Shown here: piece after piece, positions 49,490-57,283 of the stretch | Numbering within the stretch: position 1 is the stretch's first letter | Layout: each line of letters starts with the position of its first letter | Virus record (IMG/VR): IMGVR_UViG_3300008108_000011 | Span: 128,733-192,732 of that record | Length of the DNA: 64,000 nucleotides | Source of the DNA: a virus | Direction: 5' to 3' (one strand) | Notes under the pieces: model-generated | Database searches by the model: none | Seen by the model: the letters and a program-made list of their open reading frames with translations, nothing else | Told to the model about the DNA's origin: nothing | Program-made: the position numbers and the translations under genes

Positions 49490-50746
49490 ATGGCTGGATT
49501 AACTTGGGGTCAGTTTAATAGAAGAGATAGATACAAAAGCAACTGGCGTGTAGTGTATGAACGCATGAAAAATAATTTACCATTCACTCTAGTTCAAAAA
49601 AGCACGACAGATTCTGAAGATGGTATACATGTATATTTTTCTAAAGTTGCTATAAGTATCCCTGCTAAAGTTAATGGTAGATATAAGAAAGATAATATTT
49701 TTCTGGATTTAGAACCAAAAAGATTTTCTACCTTTGAAAATTTTTACCGAGAAGTTAAAAAAATTATTCCTGATAGTATGGTATCTGAAGGTGCGGGAGT
49801 TCCAATAACTTTAATATTTTTGCCATCAAGAAATTCCCCAATAAGAAATGGAACAAACACAAATCAGATATTGAAAGATTTGGATTTTGGTGGTAGACCT
49901 TTGAACGGTCAAGTTAGAAATATATTTTGGGGCAATCTAAAATATTATGTTGATAATGTAGATTCCACTTATAAGTTAAACTATCCAACCGCTACTGAAG
50001 CGGGGGAAGCAGATTTTATTAATACTTTCAATCAGGAACTGGATGCCATACTTAAAAAAACAGGATTGTCGTCTATAGATTTAATGGTTGGTAATACAAC
50101 TTTTGAAAATATTGTTGGTGTTAATAAAGTAGAAGGAACAGTTAAAGCAGACCTAGCATTGGTTGCTTTAGAAAAAGGAAAGTTGAATGACGTTGGGTGG
50201 TTCTCACACAAGCAAGGTAATGTAGCATCTGATTTTCAACAATGGGGTGGTGTTACTCACTATGCTTCTGACAAACTTGGCGCTGATGAAACATTAGATA
50301 AGTTTCCTGAGATTAGAGCATTTGCAAAATATATGGCTTTTTGGTGTGGAAATGGAATGCAGTATGATTTAAAAAGTTCTAATGGAGTTGGGTTTACTGC
50401 AGTGGCAGAGATAGAAGATAACGATTTAAAAATGGAATCTGTTTACGGCAAAAATTTTGGATCTTCTAAGTATGGAGTATCAAATTGTAATGGAGTATTA
50501 CAGGGTTCTCCATCTATTAAAAAAGTGGGGAACAAATATAAATTAGAAATGTCGTCACATATTGTAATGAATCCAACCGCCATGACTGGCGGGTATGAAC
50601 CTGTGTTGATGCTCATAAACAAGGGAGACAGGTCGCAGTATGGGATCCCAGGTGCTAGAATAGCGGTGCAGCCACGGGCGAGCAGGAAAGCAAAGTTCAT
50701 CGTGTCTAAAGATCGCAACGGAAACTATCAGATGAATCCAGCATGA
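49490..50746 (+). CDS. Hypothetical protein with putative PD-(D/E)xK nuclease-like C-terminal domain
   Basis: KAD(LAL)...FSHK...DFQQWGG pattern resembles restriction-endonuclease-fold proteins. Confidence 0.45.
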   Translation: MAGLTWGQFNRRDRYKSNWRVVYERMKNNLPFTLVQKSTTDSEDGIHVYFSKVAISIPAKVNGRYKKDNIFLDLEPKRFSTFENFYREVKKIIPDSMVSEGAGVPITLIFLPSRNSPIRNGTNTNQILKDLDFGGRPLNGQVRNIFWGNLKYYVDNVDSTYKLNYPTATEAGEADFINTFNQELDAILKKTGLSSIDLMVGNTTFENIVGVNKVEGTVKADLALVALEKGKLNDVGWFSHKQGNVASDFQQWGGVTHYASDKLGADETLDKFPEIRAFAKYMAFWCGNGMQYDLKSSNGVGFTAVAEIEDNDLKMESVYGKNFGSSKYGVSNCNGVLQGSPSIKKVGNKYKLEMSSHIVMNPTAMTGGYEPVLMLINKGDRSQYGIPGARIAVQPRASRKAKFIVSKDRNGNYQMNPA

Positions 50747-51954
50747 GCAAGAACACTCACCTCGAACACTTAGAAGACAGCATCTTGTTTGATGGCAAAG
50801 AAGGCGCTAATGATGCGTTTGCTTTTCTTGATGCTCTTACTAAAACTTTTAGCGGAACTCAAACCAGCAACTTTAAAATCACTACTAAGTGGGATGGTGC
50901 TCCTGCTGTAATTTGTGGTGAAGATCCAGAGAACGGTCAGTTTTTTGTTGGAACTAAATCTGTTTTTAATAAGACTGAACCCAAGATTAACTACACTGAT
51001 TATCATATTGAAGCAAACCATGGCAACTCTTCTGGTCTGGTAGAGAAACTTAAAGTAGCACTGGAACATTTTCCTAAGCTGGGAATCAAAGGAATCATTC
51101 AGGGAGACTTGTTGTTTACCGATGATGCTAAAGAAGAGAAGATTGATGGTGTAGATTATCTCACGTTTACTCCTAACACTATCACCTATGCTATTCCGAA
51201 AGGAACTGACGCATACAAAAAAGCAAAGCGAGCCAAGATTGGTGTAGTGTTTCACACTCGCTACGTTGGTTCTAGCATTGCAACTTCTAACGCTACGTTC
51301 GGTGTTGACATCAGTAAGTTTAATAATACTAATGATGTCTTTGTAATCAGTGCTGAGGTAGATACTCTTGGTAGTAATATGATTCTTAATGCAACCGAGA
51401 AGAGAAATCTTAATAACATGAAGAGAACTGCTCCCGCTGCTCTTCGTAATGCTGGTGCGTTCTTGGATGAGATTTCGCAACAGATTAACTCCAAAGATAA
51501 TTTTAGTGTTGGAACTCGTCTTAAAACTTACTTCAACACTTATGTAAGAGAAGGTAAGCGTATCAGTAATGTTAATCGTTTTATCGATGACTTCAAGAAT
51601 GCTTATCATGAAACCATGATGAAGGAAGTTAACAAAGTGAAGCAGGAGAAGACCAAGGCTGCTAAACTGAAGAAACTCTATGATGGTATCGAGTTTGTGG
51701 ATTCCAACATCGCTGGATTCAAAGCAACGATTACTCTCTATGTTATTCTTCAGAATGCTAAAAATATGTTTGTGAAGAAACTGGAATCTGCTGATAGCAC
51801 TCGCACGTTTCTTCGCACTGATGATGGATTCCGTGTTACTGCCCCTGAAGGATTTGTTGCTATTAAAGATGGAAATGCTACCAAGCTTGTTGATCGTCTT
51901 GAGTTTAGTTTGGCAAACTTTACTCTCGCAAAGAACTGGGTAAAGGGAAACTAA
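50743..51954 (+). CDS. Conserved cyanophage protein (DUF6267-like) with covalent nucleotidyltransferase (ligase-like) motifs
   Basis: KNTHLEHLED N-terminus; motif I KWDG, motif III-like IQGDLLF, motif IV PEGFV, motif V-like TKLVDR. Confidence 0.65.
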   Translation: MSKNTHLEHLEDSILFDGKEGANDAFAFLDALTKTFSGTQTSNFKITTKWDGAPAVICGEDPENGQFFVGTKSVFNKTEPKINYTDYHIEANHGNSSGLVEKLKVALEHFPKLGIKGIIQGDLLFTDDAKEEKIDGVDYLTFTPNTITYAIPKGTDAYKKAKRAKIGVVFHTRYVGSSIATSNATFGVDISKFNNTNDVFVISAEVDTLGSNMILNATEKRNLNNMKRTAPAALRNAGAFLDEISQQINSKDNFSVGTRLKTYFNTYVREGKRISNVNRFIDDFKNAYHETMMKEVNKVKQEKTKAAKLKKLYDGIEFVDSNIAGFKATITLYVILQNAKNMFVKKLESADSTRTFLRTDDGFRVTAPEGFVAIKDGNATKLVDRLEFSLANFTLAKNWVKGN

Positions 51955-51966
51955 ATACTAATAAAA

Positions 51967-52521
51967 ATGTTTAAGAGAGTAGTCATTACTTTCGGTCGCT
52001 TCAATCCTCCTACCATTGGTCATGAAAAACTCATTGATGCTGTAGCAAGAATTGCTGGAACCGATGACTATAAAATCTATACCAGTCATACCAAAGACAA
52101 GAAGAAGAATCCTCTATCTTCCGAACAGAAAGTAGGATACATGAAAAAGATGTTTCCGAAACATAAAAATAATATTATGCTTGATACTGATCTGAAGACA
52201 ATCATTAAAGTTCTTCAGAGTTTGCAGGGTGAATATTCGGATCTTACTCTTGTAGTTGGCAGTGATCGTGTGCAGGAAATGGATACTTTGATCCAACGTT
52301 ATAATGGAACAGAGTATACATTTAGAACTCTTGAAACAAAATCTGCTGGCGAAAGAGATCCTGATGCTGACGGAGCAACTGGAATGTCTGCTAGTAAAAT
52401 GAGAGAAGCAGCAACTAATGCAAACGTTGCTGAGTTTCGTAAAGGTATACCATCTACTTTAGACGATAAAGAAATGATGAAATTAATGACAGACGTTAGA
52501 GAAGGGTTGGGTATTAAATGA
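51967..52521 (+). CDS. HxGH-motif nucleotidyltransferase (cytidylyltransferase-like)
   Basis: TFGRFNPPTIGHEKL, VVGSDR and GMSASKMR motifs; CTAAATA late-promoter core at 51951-51957. Confidence 0.88.
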   Translation: MFKRVVITFGRFNPPTIGHEKLIDAVARIAGTDDYKIYTSHTKDKKKNPLSSEQKVGYMKKMFPKHKNNIMLDTDLKTIIKVLQSLQGEYSDLTLVVGSDRVQEMDTLIQRYNGTEYTFRTLETKSAGERDPDADGATGMSASKMREAATNANVAEFRKGIPSTLDDKEMMKLMTDVREGLGIK

Positions 52522-52805
52522 AATCACTTAAAGAACTGTTAGCACAATCAAAACAAAAATCTTATATGCTTGGCAATGTATTTGCTGAGGGTGATTGGAT
52601 TCAAAATTCTAATGGTGAAGCGGGAAGAATTCATCGCCGTGGAGTCAATTATGTTATTGCTGTAACAGAAGAAGGTAAAATGTTTCGTGCTTGGGTGAAA
52701 GATATTAAAGAACATTGTGGGTGTGAAGATAAAAATATGACAGATAAGGAGAAAGTCAAGTCATTTATAAATAAAAATAAACGACAAAAGAACAATGACA
52801 ATTGA
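52518..52805 (+). CDS. Small SH3/KOW-like hypothetical protein
   Basis: GRIHRRGVNYVI.V...G..FR.W..DI pattern; in some relatives I recall this being fused to the nucleotidyltransferase. Confidence 0.6.
   Translation: MKSLKELLAQSKQKSYMLGNVFAEGDWIQNSNGEAGRIHRRGVNYVIAVTEEGKMFRAWVKDIKEHCGCEDKNMTDKEKVKSFINKNKRQKNNDN
52766..52773 (+). promoter_or_regulatory. Late promoter TATAAATA
   Basis: Exact consensus about 21 nt upstream of the ATG at 52795. Confidence 0.7.
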
Positions 52806-53520
52806 CGAGTTTTCAAAAAGTCTAATTCAAGCGGCAGTTGCTGAGTTAGATGAAGCATGGGAAAAGCCTGAGAAAGAAGAGAAGGGAGAGAAAAAGCATA
52901 CTGAAGGCAAGGATGAAGAGAAAAAAGAATTAAAAAAAGAAGCAAGAGACATGCCTGGCAATCAAGAGAAGATTGATGCCAATAAGAATGGTAAAGTAGA
53001 TGCTCATGATTTTGCACTTCTTCGTGCTAGAAAGGGCAAGAAGTCAGTTAAGGAAATGTGGGAGAAGGCAGCAGAGGTTCAGGAAGGTTGGGCTAAAAAA
53101 AAAGCCGTAGATGAGGGCAAGAAAGTAGAAATCGAAATCATGCCTCAGGTTGATACTCCTAACGATCCAGAACCACCTACAGGAAAGAAAGCAAAGAAAG
53201 AAGTTAAGAAAGAAGAGTTTGCTGCTGAAGGTAAGAACAAGGAAGGTAAGGAGCAAGGTGCTGACGGCAAAGCTTGCTGGAAAGGATATAAGTATGCTGG
53301 CACAGAGAATGGTAAAGACAAGTGTGTGAAGGCAGGATATGAAATGGAAGGTGGCGAAGAACTTCAAGAGAAGCGTCTTTCTGCTAAAGAAAAAGCAAAG
53401 AAAGAAAAGTTTGTTAAGGGCATGAAGAAGAAGTTCAGTTCTTTCAAGTCTAAGTATGGTGCTAAAGCAAAAGATGTGATGTATGGAACTGCCACCTCGA
53501 TGGCAAAGAAAGCAGCCTAA
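52795..53520 (+). CDS. Lys/Glu-rich modular protein, putative capsid internal polyprotein
   Basis: Short modules separated by LDE, VKE, VQE, VDE and LQE; includes DANKNGKVD (EF-hand-like), CWKGY...C and KYG..AK.VMYGTAT. Confidence 0.6.
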   Translation: MTIDEFSKSLIQAAVAELDEAWEKPEKEEKGEKKHTEGKDEEKKELKKEARDMPGNQEKIDANKNGKVDAHDFALLRARKGKKSVKEMWEKAAEVQEGWAKKKAVDEGKKVEIEIMPQVDTPNDPEPPTGKKAKKEVKKEEFAAEGKNKEGKEQGADGKACWKGYKYAGTENGKDKCVKAGYEMEGGEELQEKRLSAKEKAKKEKFVKGMKKKFSSFKSKYGAKAKDVMYGTATSMAKKAA

Positions 53521-53550
53521 ATAAGCCGTCATCCATTCTCGGAGGTCATC

Positions 53551-53724
53551 ATGGGCGCAGTAGTAGCAGTAGTCAAACCACTACTTATTTCGATTGCGAC
53601 TCACCCAGCGGTCAAGAATCTTGTTATTGAACTTCTAACAAAGTATGTGAAGTCAACAGATAATAGCATTGATGATGTCGTTCTTGAGTTGGTTAAAGAT
53701 AAACTCTTTACACCACAAGCATGA
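53551..53724 (+). CDS. Small amphipathic protein (57 aa, below the ORF-track cutoff)
   Basis: GGAGG ribosome-binding site; MGAVVAVVKPLLISIATHPAVKNLVIELLTKYVKSTDNSIDDVVLELVKDKLFTPQA; CTAAATA at 53517-53523. Confidence 0.65.
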   Translation: MGAVVAVVKPLLISIATHPAVKNLVIELLTKYVKSTDNSIDDVVLELVKDKLFTPQA

Positions 53725-53885
53725 TTACTTGTTTTCTGACGAACTGGGGTGTCACAATAGTTCTTGGTTTTCTTTTATCATTATCTGAATGGTTATCAAA
53801 AACAAAAAGAACTGAAGCAAATGGTATCTTAGATTTCATTCAATTGTTTCTAAGAACCGTATTACGCAAGGGAGACCAGAAGTAA
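53721..53885 (+). CDS. Small membrane protein (54 aa, below cutoff), holin-like
   Basis: ATGA overlap; MITCFLTNWGVTIVLGFLLSLSEWLSKTKRTEANGILDFIQLFLRTVLRKGDQK. Confidence 0.55.
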   Translation: MITCFLTNWGVTIVLGFLLSLSEWLSKTKRTEANGILDFIQLFLRTVLRKGDQK

Positions 53886-53906
53886 GGTCTCCTTTTTTTA
53901 TAAATA
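53871..53906 (+). terminator. Terminator whose T-run merges into a late promoter TATAAATA
   Basis: GGAGACC-N8-GGTCTCC-TTTTTTT, then TATAAATA at 53899-53906. Confidence 0.8.
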
Positions 53907-53941
53907 CTTTTTAGAATACGAATATTTTATAGAGGAAACCG

Positions 53942-54811
53942 ATGGCAATTTTCGGAACAATCGACGCTAAAGCGTTGGCAACAAATGTAAGTGTTACCAA
54001 CGGTAGCACAACTGTTACTACAACTGGTGACTTCACCAACAGAGCAACTGCTGACTTTGTTCAGAACGGTGATGTTCTTTCATTAGGTGGTGTTCAGTAT
54101 ACTGTTGAGTCGGTAGTTTCAGCAACATCACTCAAACTCAGAACAGCATATGCAGGTTCAACAGGAACTGTTCTTGCTGCTAATGCTATTCGCAGAACTG
54201 CACCAAAAGAAGTTGCAACTCTTCTCCTTGATGAGAATGGTCAACTAGCACACTTCCCAACGGGAACAAGTCTCATCTTCATCGATGACACTGAAGCTGC
54301 TCTAGATGAGAACAAGGTTCGTGGTCTCAAGTGGCCAGGTTGGTGGGCATATAGAACCTATACTGATGGTGATGGCAATACTCGCCATAAGGCAGAGTGC
54401 CTAGCATTCGCTAATCAGACTGCCGCTAACGCTGGTGACTATGGCACCGCTCAGGGTGGAACAGAAGATAATCCTGCTGCTGATGTAGTATCTGCAGTTA
54501 CTATCACTGGTCAACCTGCTGCTGTAACTGGTGCTGCTACTCCTTACACTGGAACATTCACAGTTACAACTTCGACAACTGGCACACCTGGAACTCTTCT
54601 ATATCAGTGGCAGTATCAAACTGCTACGCAGACAACCAAGTGGACTAATGTTACCAACACTGGTGTATACACTGGTGCTACAACTGATACTCTCACACTT
54701 ACTGCTGCTGCTAAGGCAACCTATGATGGTTATAAGTATCGCGTGAAGATTACATCTGCTGGTGGAACTGAGGAAGTCATTTCCAACTCTGCTTCTATTA
54801 CCTATGCATGA
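53942..54811 (+). CDS. Virion structural protein with C-terminal Ig-like domain
   Basis: Thr/Ala-rich; ITGQP...YQWQ...YRVKI Ig/PKD-like pattern; late promoter and GAGG ribosome-binding site. Confidence 0.7.
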   Translation: MAIFGTIDAKALATNVSVTNGSTTVTTTGDFTNRATADFVQNGDVLSLGGVQYTVESVVSATSLKLRTAYAGSTGTVLAANAIRRTAPKEVATLLLDENGQLAHFPTGTSLIFIDDTEAALDENKVRGLKWPGWWAYRTYTDGDGNTRHKAECLAFANQTAANAGDYGTAQGGTEDNPAADVVSAVTITGQPAAVTGAATPYTGTFTVTTSTTGTPGTLLYQWQYQTATQTTKWTNVTNTGVYTGATTDTLTLTAAAKATYDGYKYRVKITSAGGTEEVISNSASITYA

Positions 54812-54817
54812 TGATGT

Positions 54818-55177
54818 ATGATTTTTAATGAGTTGACACCAGACAACTGGTTGTTGTTTGCAATCAAAAACTACAACAACCCGTTGTCTGTTACATATGA
54901 TGACTTTGAAGAAGACCTTCAAAAGTTCAAATATATTAAAAGATTATTGAGACGCTATGATACTACTGGTGAGTTGAAACATCATTTGATTCTCAATCAT
55001 ATCATAACACTATATAATGTATTCAATGACGCAGCAACGCTGCTTCTATTCTATAAAATAGAATCGCAATACTGGTCAATCTTAAAAGCATACATGTTGT
55101 TTTTAGATAGATTGCCAGAGAATGTAGATACAACAGATGTAGACGAACAATGTCTGAAACTTCTAAAACTACTGTGA
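54818..55177 (+). CDS. Conserved T4-like hypothetical protein
   Basis: FAIKNYNNP...FEEDL.KFKYIKRL...LILNHII.LYNVF motifs. Confidence 0.8.
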   Translation: MIFNELTPDNWLLFAIKNYNNPLSVTYDDFEEDLQKFKYIKRLLRRYDTTGELKHHLILNHIITLYNVFNDAATLLLFYKIESQYWSILKAYMLFLDRLPENVDTTDVDEQCLKLLKLL

Positions 55178-55896
55178 ATGAAATGATGGCAGGTGATGGA
55201 TCGTCACTAGCACTTCCTCCTGCCTTTGTCTTTGTTAACACAGCAAAGAAAAAGAAAAACTTGAAAAAGACCAAAGATGAAAAGATTGATGGTCGCAAGA
55301 AGAGTGCTAAAAAACTAATCCAACGTGTAATGTCTAGGAGGAAAACTAAAATGTCTGAAGAGAATATGGAAAATATTTCGGAGGCAACATCCGAAACTGA
55401 AAAGGCGCAGAAGCAAATTAAAGCTTCTAAGCAGATGAGAGCGAAGAGAGAACTTCAATCAAAGCGCACTGCTGCTAAGCAACAAGCACAAGATAAGTCG
55501 GATGAAATGAATACTTTGCTTCGTGCTCGCATGGCAGATTTTAAAAAGAAGTCAGCACAGAAGCAACAGAAAGCTTCAAAACAAATTATGAAAAAAGAGG
55601 AAGTGGAAATGATTTCTCAACCAAGAACTGGTTCAGCAGGTGGTGTAGATGTATTTACCACTGCTCTTAAAGTTGCTGAAGAAGGAACTGGATGGGGTAG
55701 AGATCCTGAAACATCATTTGCAAATCTTGTATTCAATGATGGCACTTCTGGTAGAATCGGTGTCTTTGATGCAAAGAGAATCCTTGCTGCATACGAAAGT
55801 CTATCACCAGAGAACAGAGATAAGTTCCGTGTCATGCTAAACATGAGTGCTTCATCTTATCAGAAAGCACTTGACTTTGCTGTAAGAAACGTCTGA
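55150..55896 (+). CDS. Basic modular protein, putative internal head polyprotein
   Basis: Segments follow VNE, ISE and EVE motifs; Lys/Arg-rich helical middle. Confidence 0.55.
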   Translation: MSETSKTTVNEMMAGDGSSLALPPAFVFVNTAKKKKNLKKTKDEKIDGRKKSAKKLIQRVMSRRKTKMSEENMENISEATSETEKAQKQIKASKQMRAKRELQSKRTAAKQQAQDKSDEMNTLLRARMADFKKKSAQKQQKASKQIMKKEEVEMISQPRTGSAGGVDVFTTALKVAEEGTGWGRDPETSFANLVFNDGTSGRIGVFDAKRILAAYESLSPENRDKFRVMLNMSASSYQKALDFAVRNV

Positions 55897-55907
55897 TAAG
55901 GAGTGTC

Positions 55908-56300
55908 ATGCCGTTTGGGAAAGACCTTTCAGTATTAGAAGCGAAGTTTCAAATATATGAAGATCTCTCCAAAGAGATGCTTGACAAGCTTGAAAGAGCG
56001 GTTGATAAGATAAGTGAGAGCAATCAAAATGTTGCTCTCATTTTAGAACGACATGAAAATAGATTAGATCAAGTAGATAGATCAGAAGCAGCAATCTTGG
56101 AACTTATTAAAGGTATCAATGCTAAGCTAGAAAAACTTGAAAGAAAAGTAGAAGACCTTTCTAAGTTTCGTTGGATTACTATGGGAGTTGCTACTGCTGC
56201 TACTGTGGTAATTGGATCAGCGGCATTCTTCGGTAACCTCTTGACACTAGGAAAAACGGATGCTACTATGGGAGGAGCGACCACACAACTTACAAAATGA
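55908..56300 (+). CDS. Coiled-coil protein with C-terminal transmembrane helix
   Basis: GGAG ribosome-binding site; coiled coil followed by RWITMGVATAATVVIGSAAFF. Confidence 0.7.
   Translation: MPFGKDLSVLEAKFQIYEDLSKEMLDKLERAVDKISESNQNVALILERHENRLDQVDRSEAAILELIKGINAKLEKLERKVEDLSKFRWITMGVATAATVVIGSAAFFGNLLTLGKTDATMGGATTQLTK
56241..56269 (+). promoter_or_regulatory. Sigma70-type promoter TTGACA-N17-TACTAT for primase/nrdAB
   Basis: Perfect -35, TG extension and near-consensus -10 inside the 3' end of ORF 55908. Confidence 0.7.
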
Positions 56301-57283
56301 ATTATATTGACACCAAGTATATTGGTTTGGTCTCTTCACAACTCCTTAAGTTTACTGAGAAAAAGAAAGGCACCTACAACTTTCGTTGCCCATATTGTGG
56401 CGACTCAGAGAAGAAGCAGAATAAAGCACGGGGGTATCTCTTTTCTATGAGAGATAGTTTTGTTTTCAAGTGTCATAACTGCGGCGTTACTCGTAACTTT
56501 TCTCAGTTTCTCAAAGATCAAAGTGTAAATCTTCATGATGAGTATGTCATGGAGCGTTATAAAGAAGGTATGACGGGTAAGAACTATCAGGTGAAGACAC
56601 CTGACTTCAAACCATTTGTCACTAAACCAGTGTTCAAGAAGAATATTTTTAGTGAACTGTTAAATATCGATTCCCTAAATACTACACACCCAGCAAAGCA
56701 ATATCTGCTCGACCGAAAGATACCAGAGAAATACTTCTCAAACTTCTATTACGCAGAAGACTTCAACGCTTGGGAAAAGAACGATAATAAAATTAAAGAA
56801 CCTAGAATTATACTCCCACTAATCTCGGAAGATGGAAATGTATTCGGATATCAAGCAAGGTCTCTTAACAAGAATGCAAGCCTTCGCTATATCACTACCA
56901 TCTTGGATAAGCAATATCCTAAACTATTTGGACTTGATCGTATAGACAAAAATGAAAATATCTACATTACGGAAGGACCGTTTGACTCCCTCTTCATATC
57001 TAACTCGCTTGCTATGTGTGGAGCTGATGTTAATCTTGGTGACTGGGGGATTAACGATCCTACTTGGATATACGATAACGAACCAAGAAACAAACAAATC
57101 GTCGAGCGTATTAACAAAACCATACAGCACGGAAATAAGATAGTTATCTGGCCAGATAGTGTCAAAGAAAAAGATATCAATGATATGTTTCTGGCTGGTC
57201 ATAACGTGCAATCTATGGTAGAATGTAATACCTATTCTGGTTTAGAAGCACAAGTAAAATTTAACCTCTGGAAGAAAATATGA
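56297..57283 (+). CDS. gp61: DNA primase gp61
   Basis: Zinc finger CPYCGD...CHNC, TOPRIM EGPFDS, DNEPRN and KDINDM motifs. Confidence 0.97.
   Translation: MNYIDTKYIGLVSSQLLKFTEKKKGTYNFRCPYCGDSEKKQNKARGYLFSMRDSFVFKCHNCGVTRNFSQFLKDQSVNLHDEYVMERYKEGMTGKNYQVKTPDFKPFVTKPVFKKNIFSELLNIDSLNTTHPAKQYLLDRKIPEKYFSNFYYAEDFNAWEKNDNKIKEPRIILPLISEDGNVFGYQARSLNKNASLRYITTILDKQYPKLFGLDRIDKNENIYITEGPFDSLFISNSLAMCGADVNLGDWGINDPTWIYDNEPRNKQIVERINKTIQHGNKIVIWPDSVKEKDINDMFLAGHNVQSMVECNTYSGLEAQVKFNLWKKI

Noticed and set aside
50770-51609. 279-aa ORF on the - strand
   Set aside because: It is antisense to the motif-bearing ligase-like gene, has no ribosome-binding site or motifs, and is a typical codon-bias shadow ORF.
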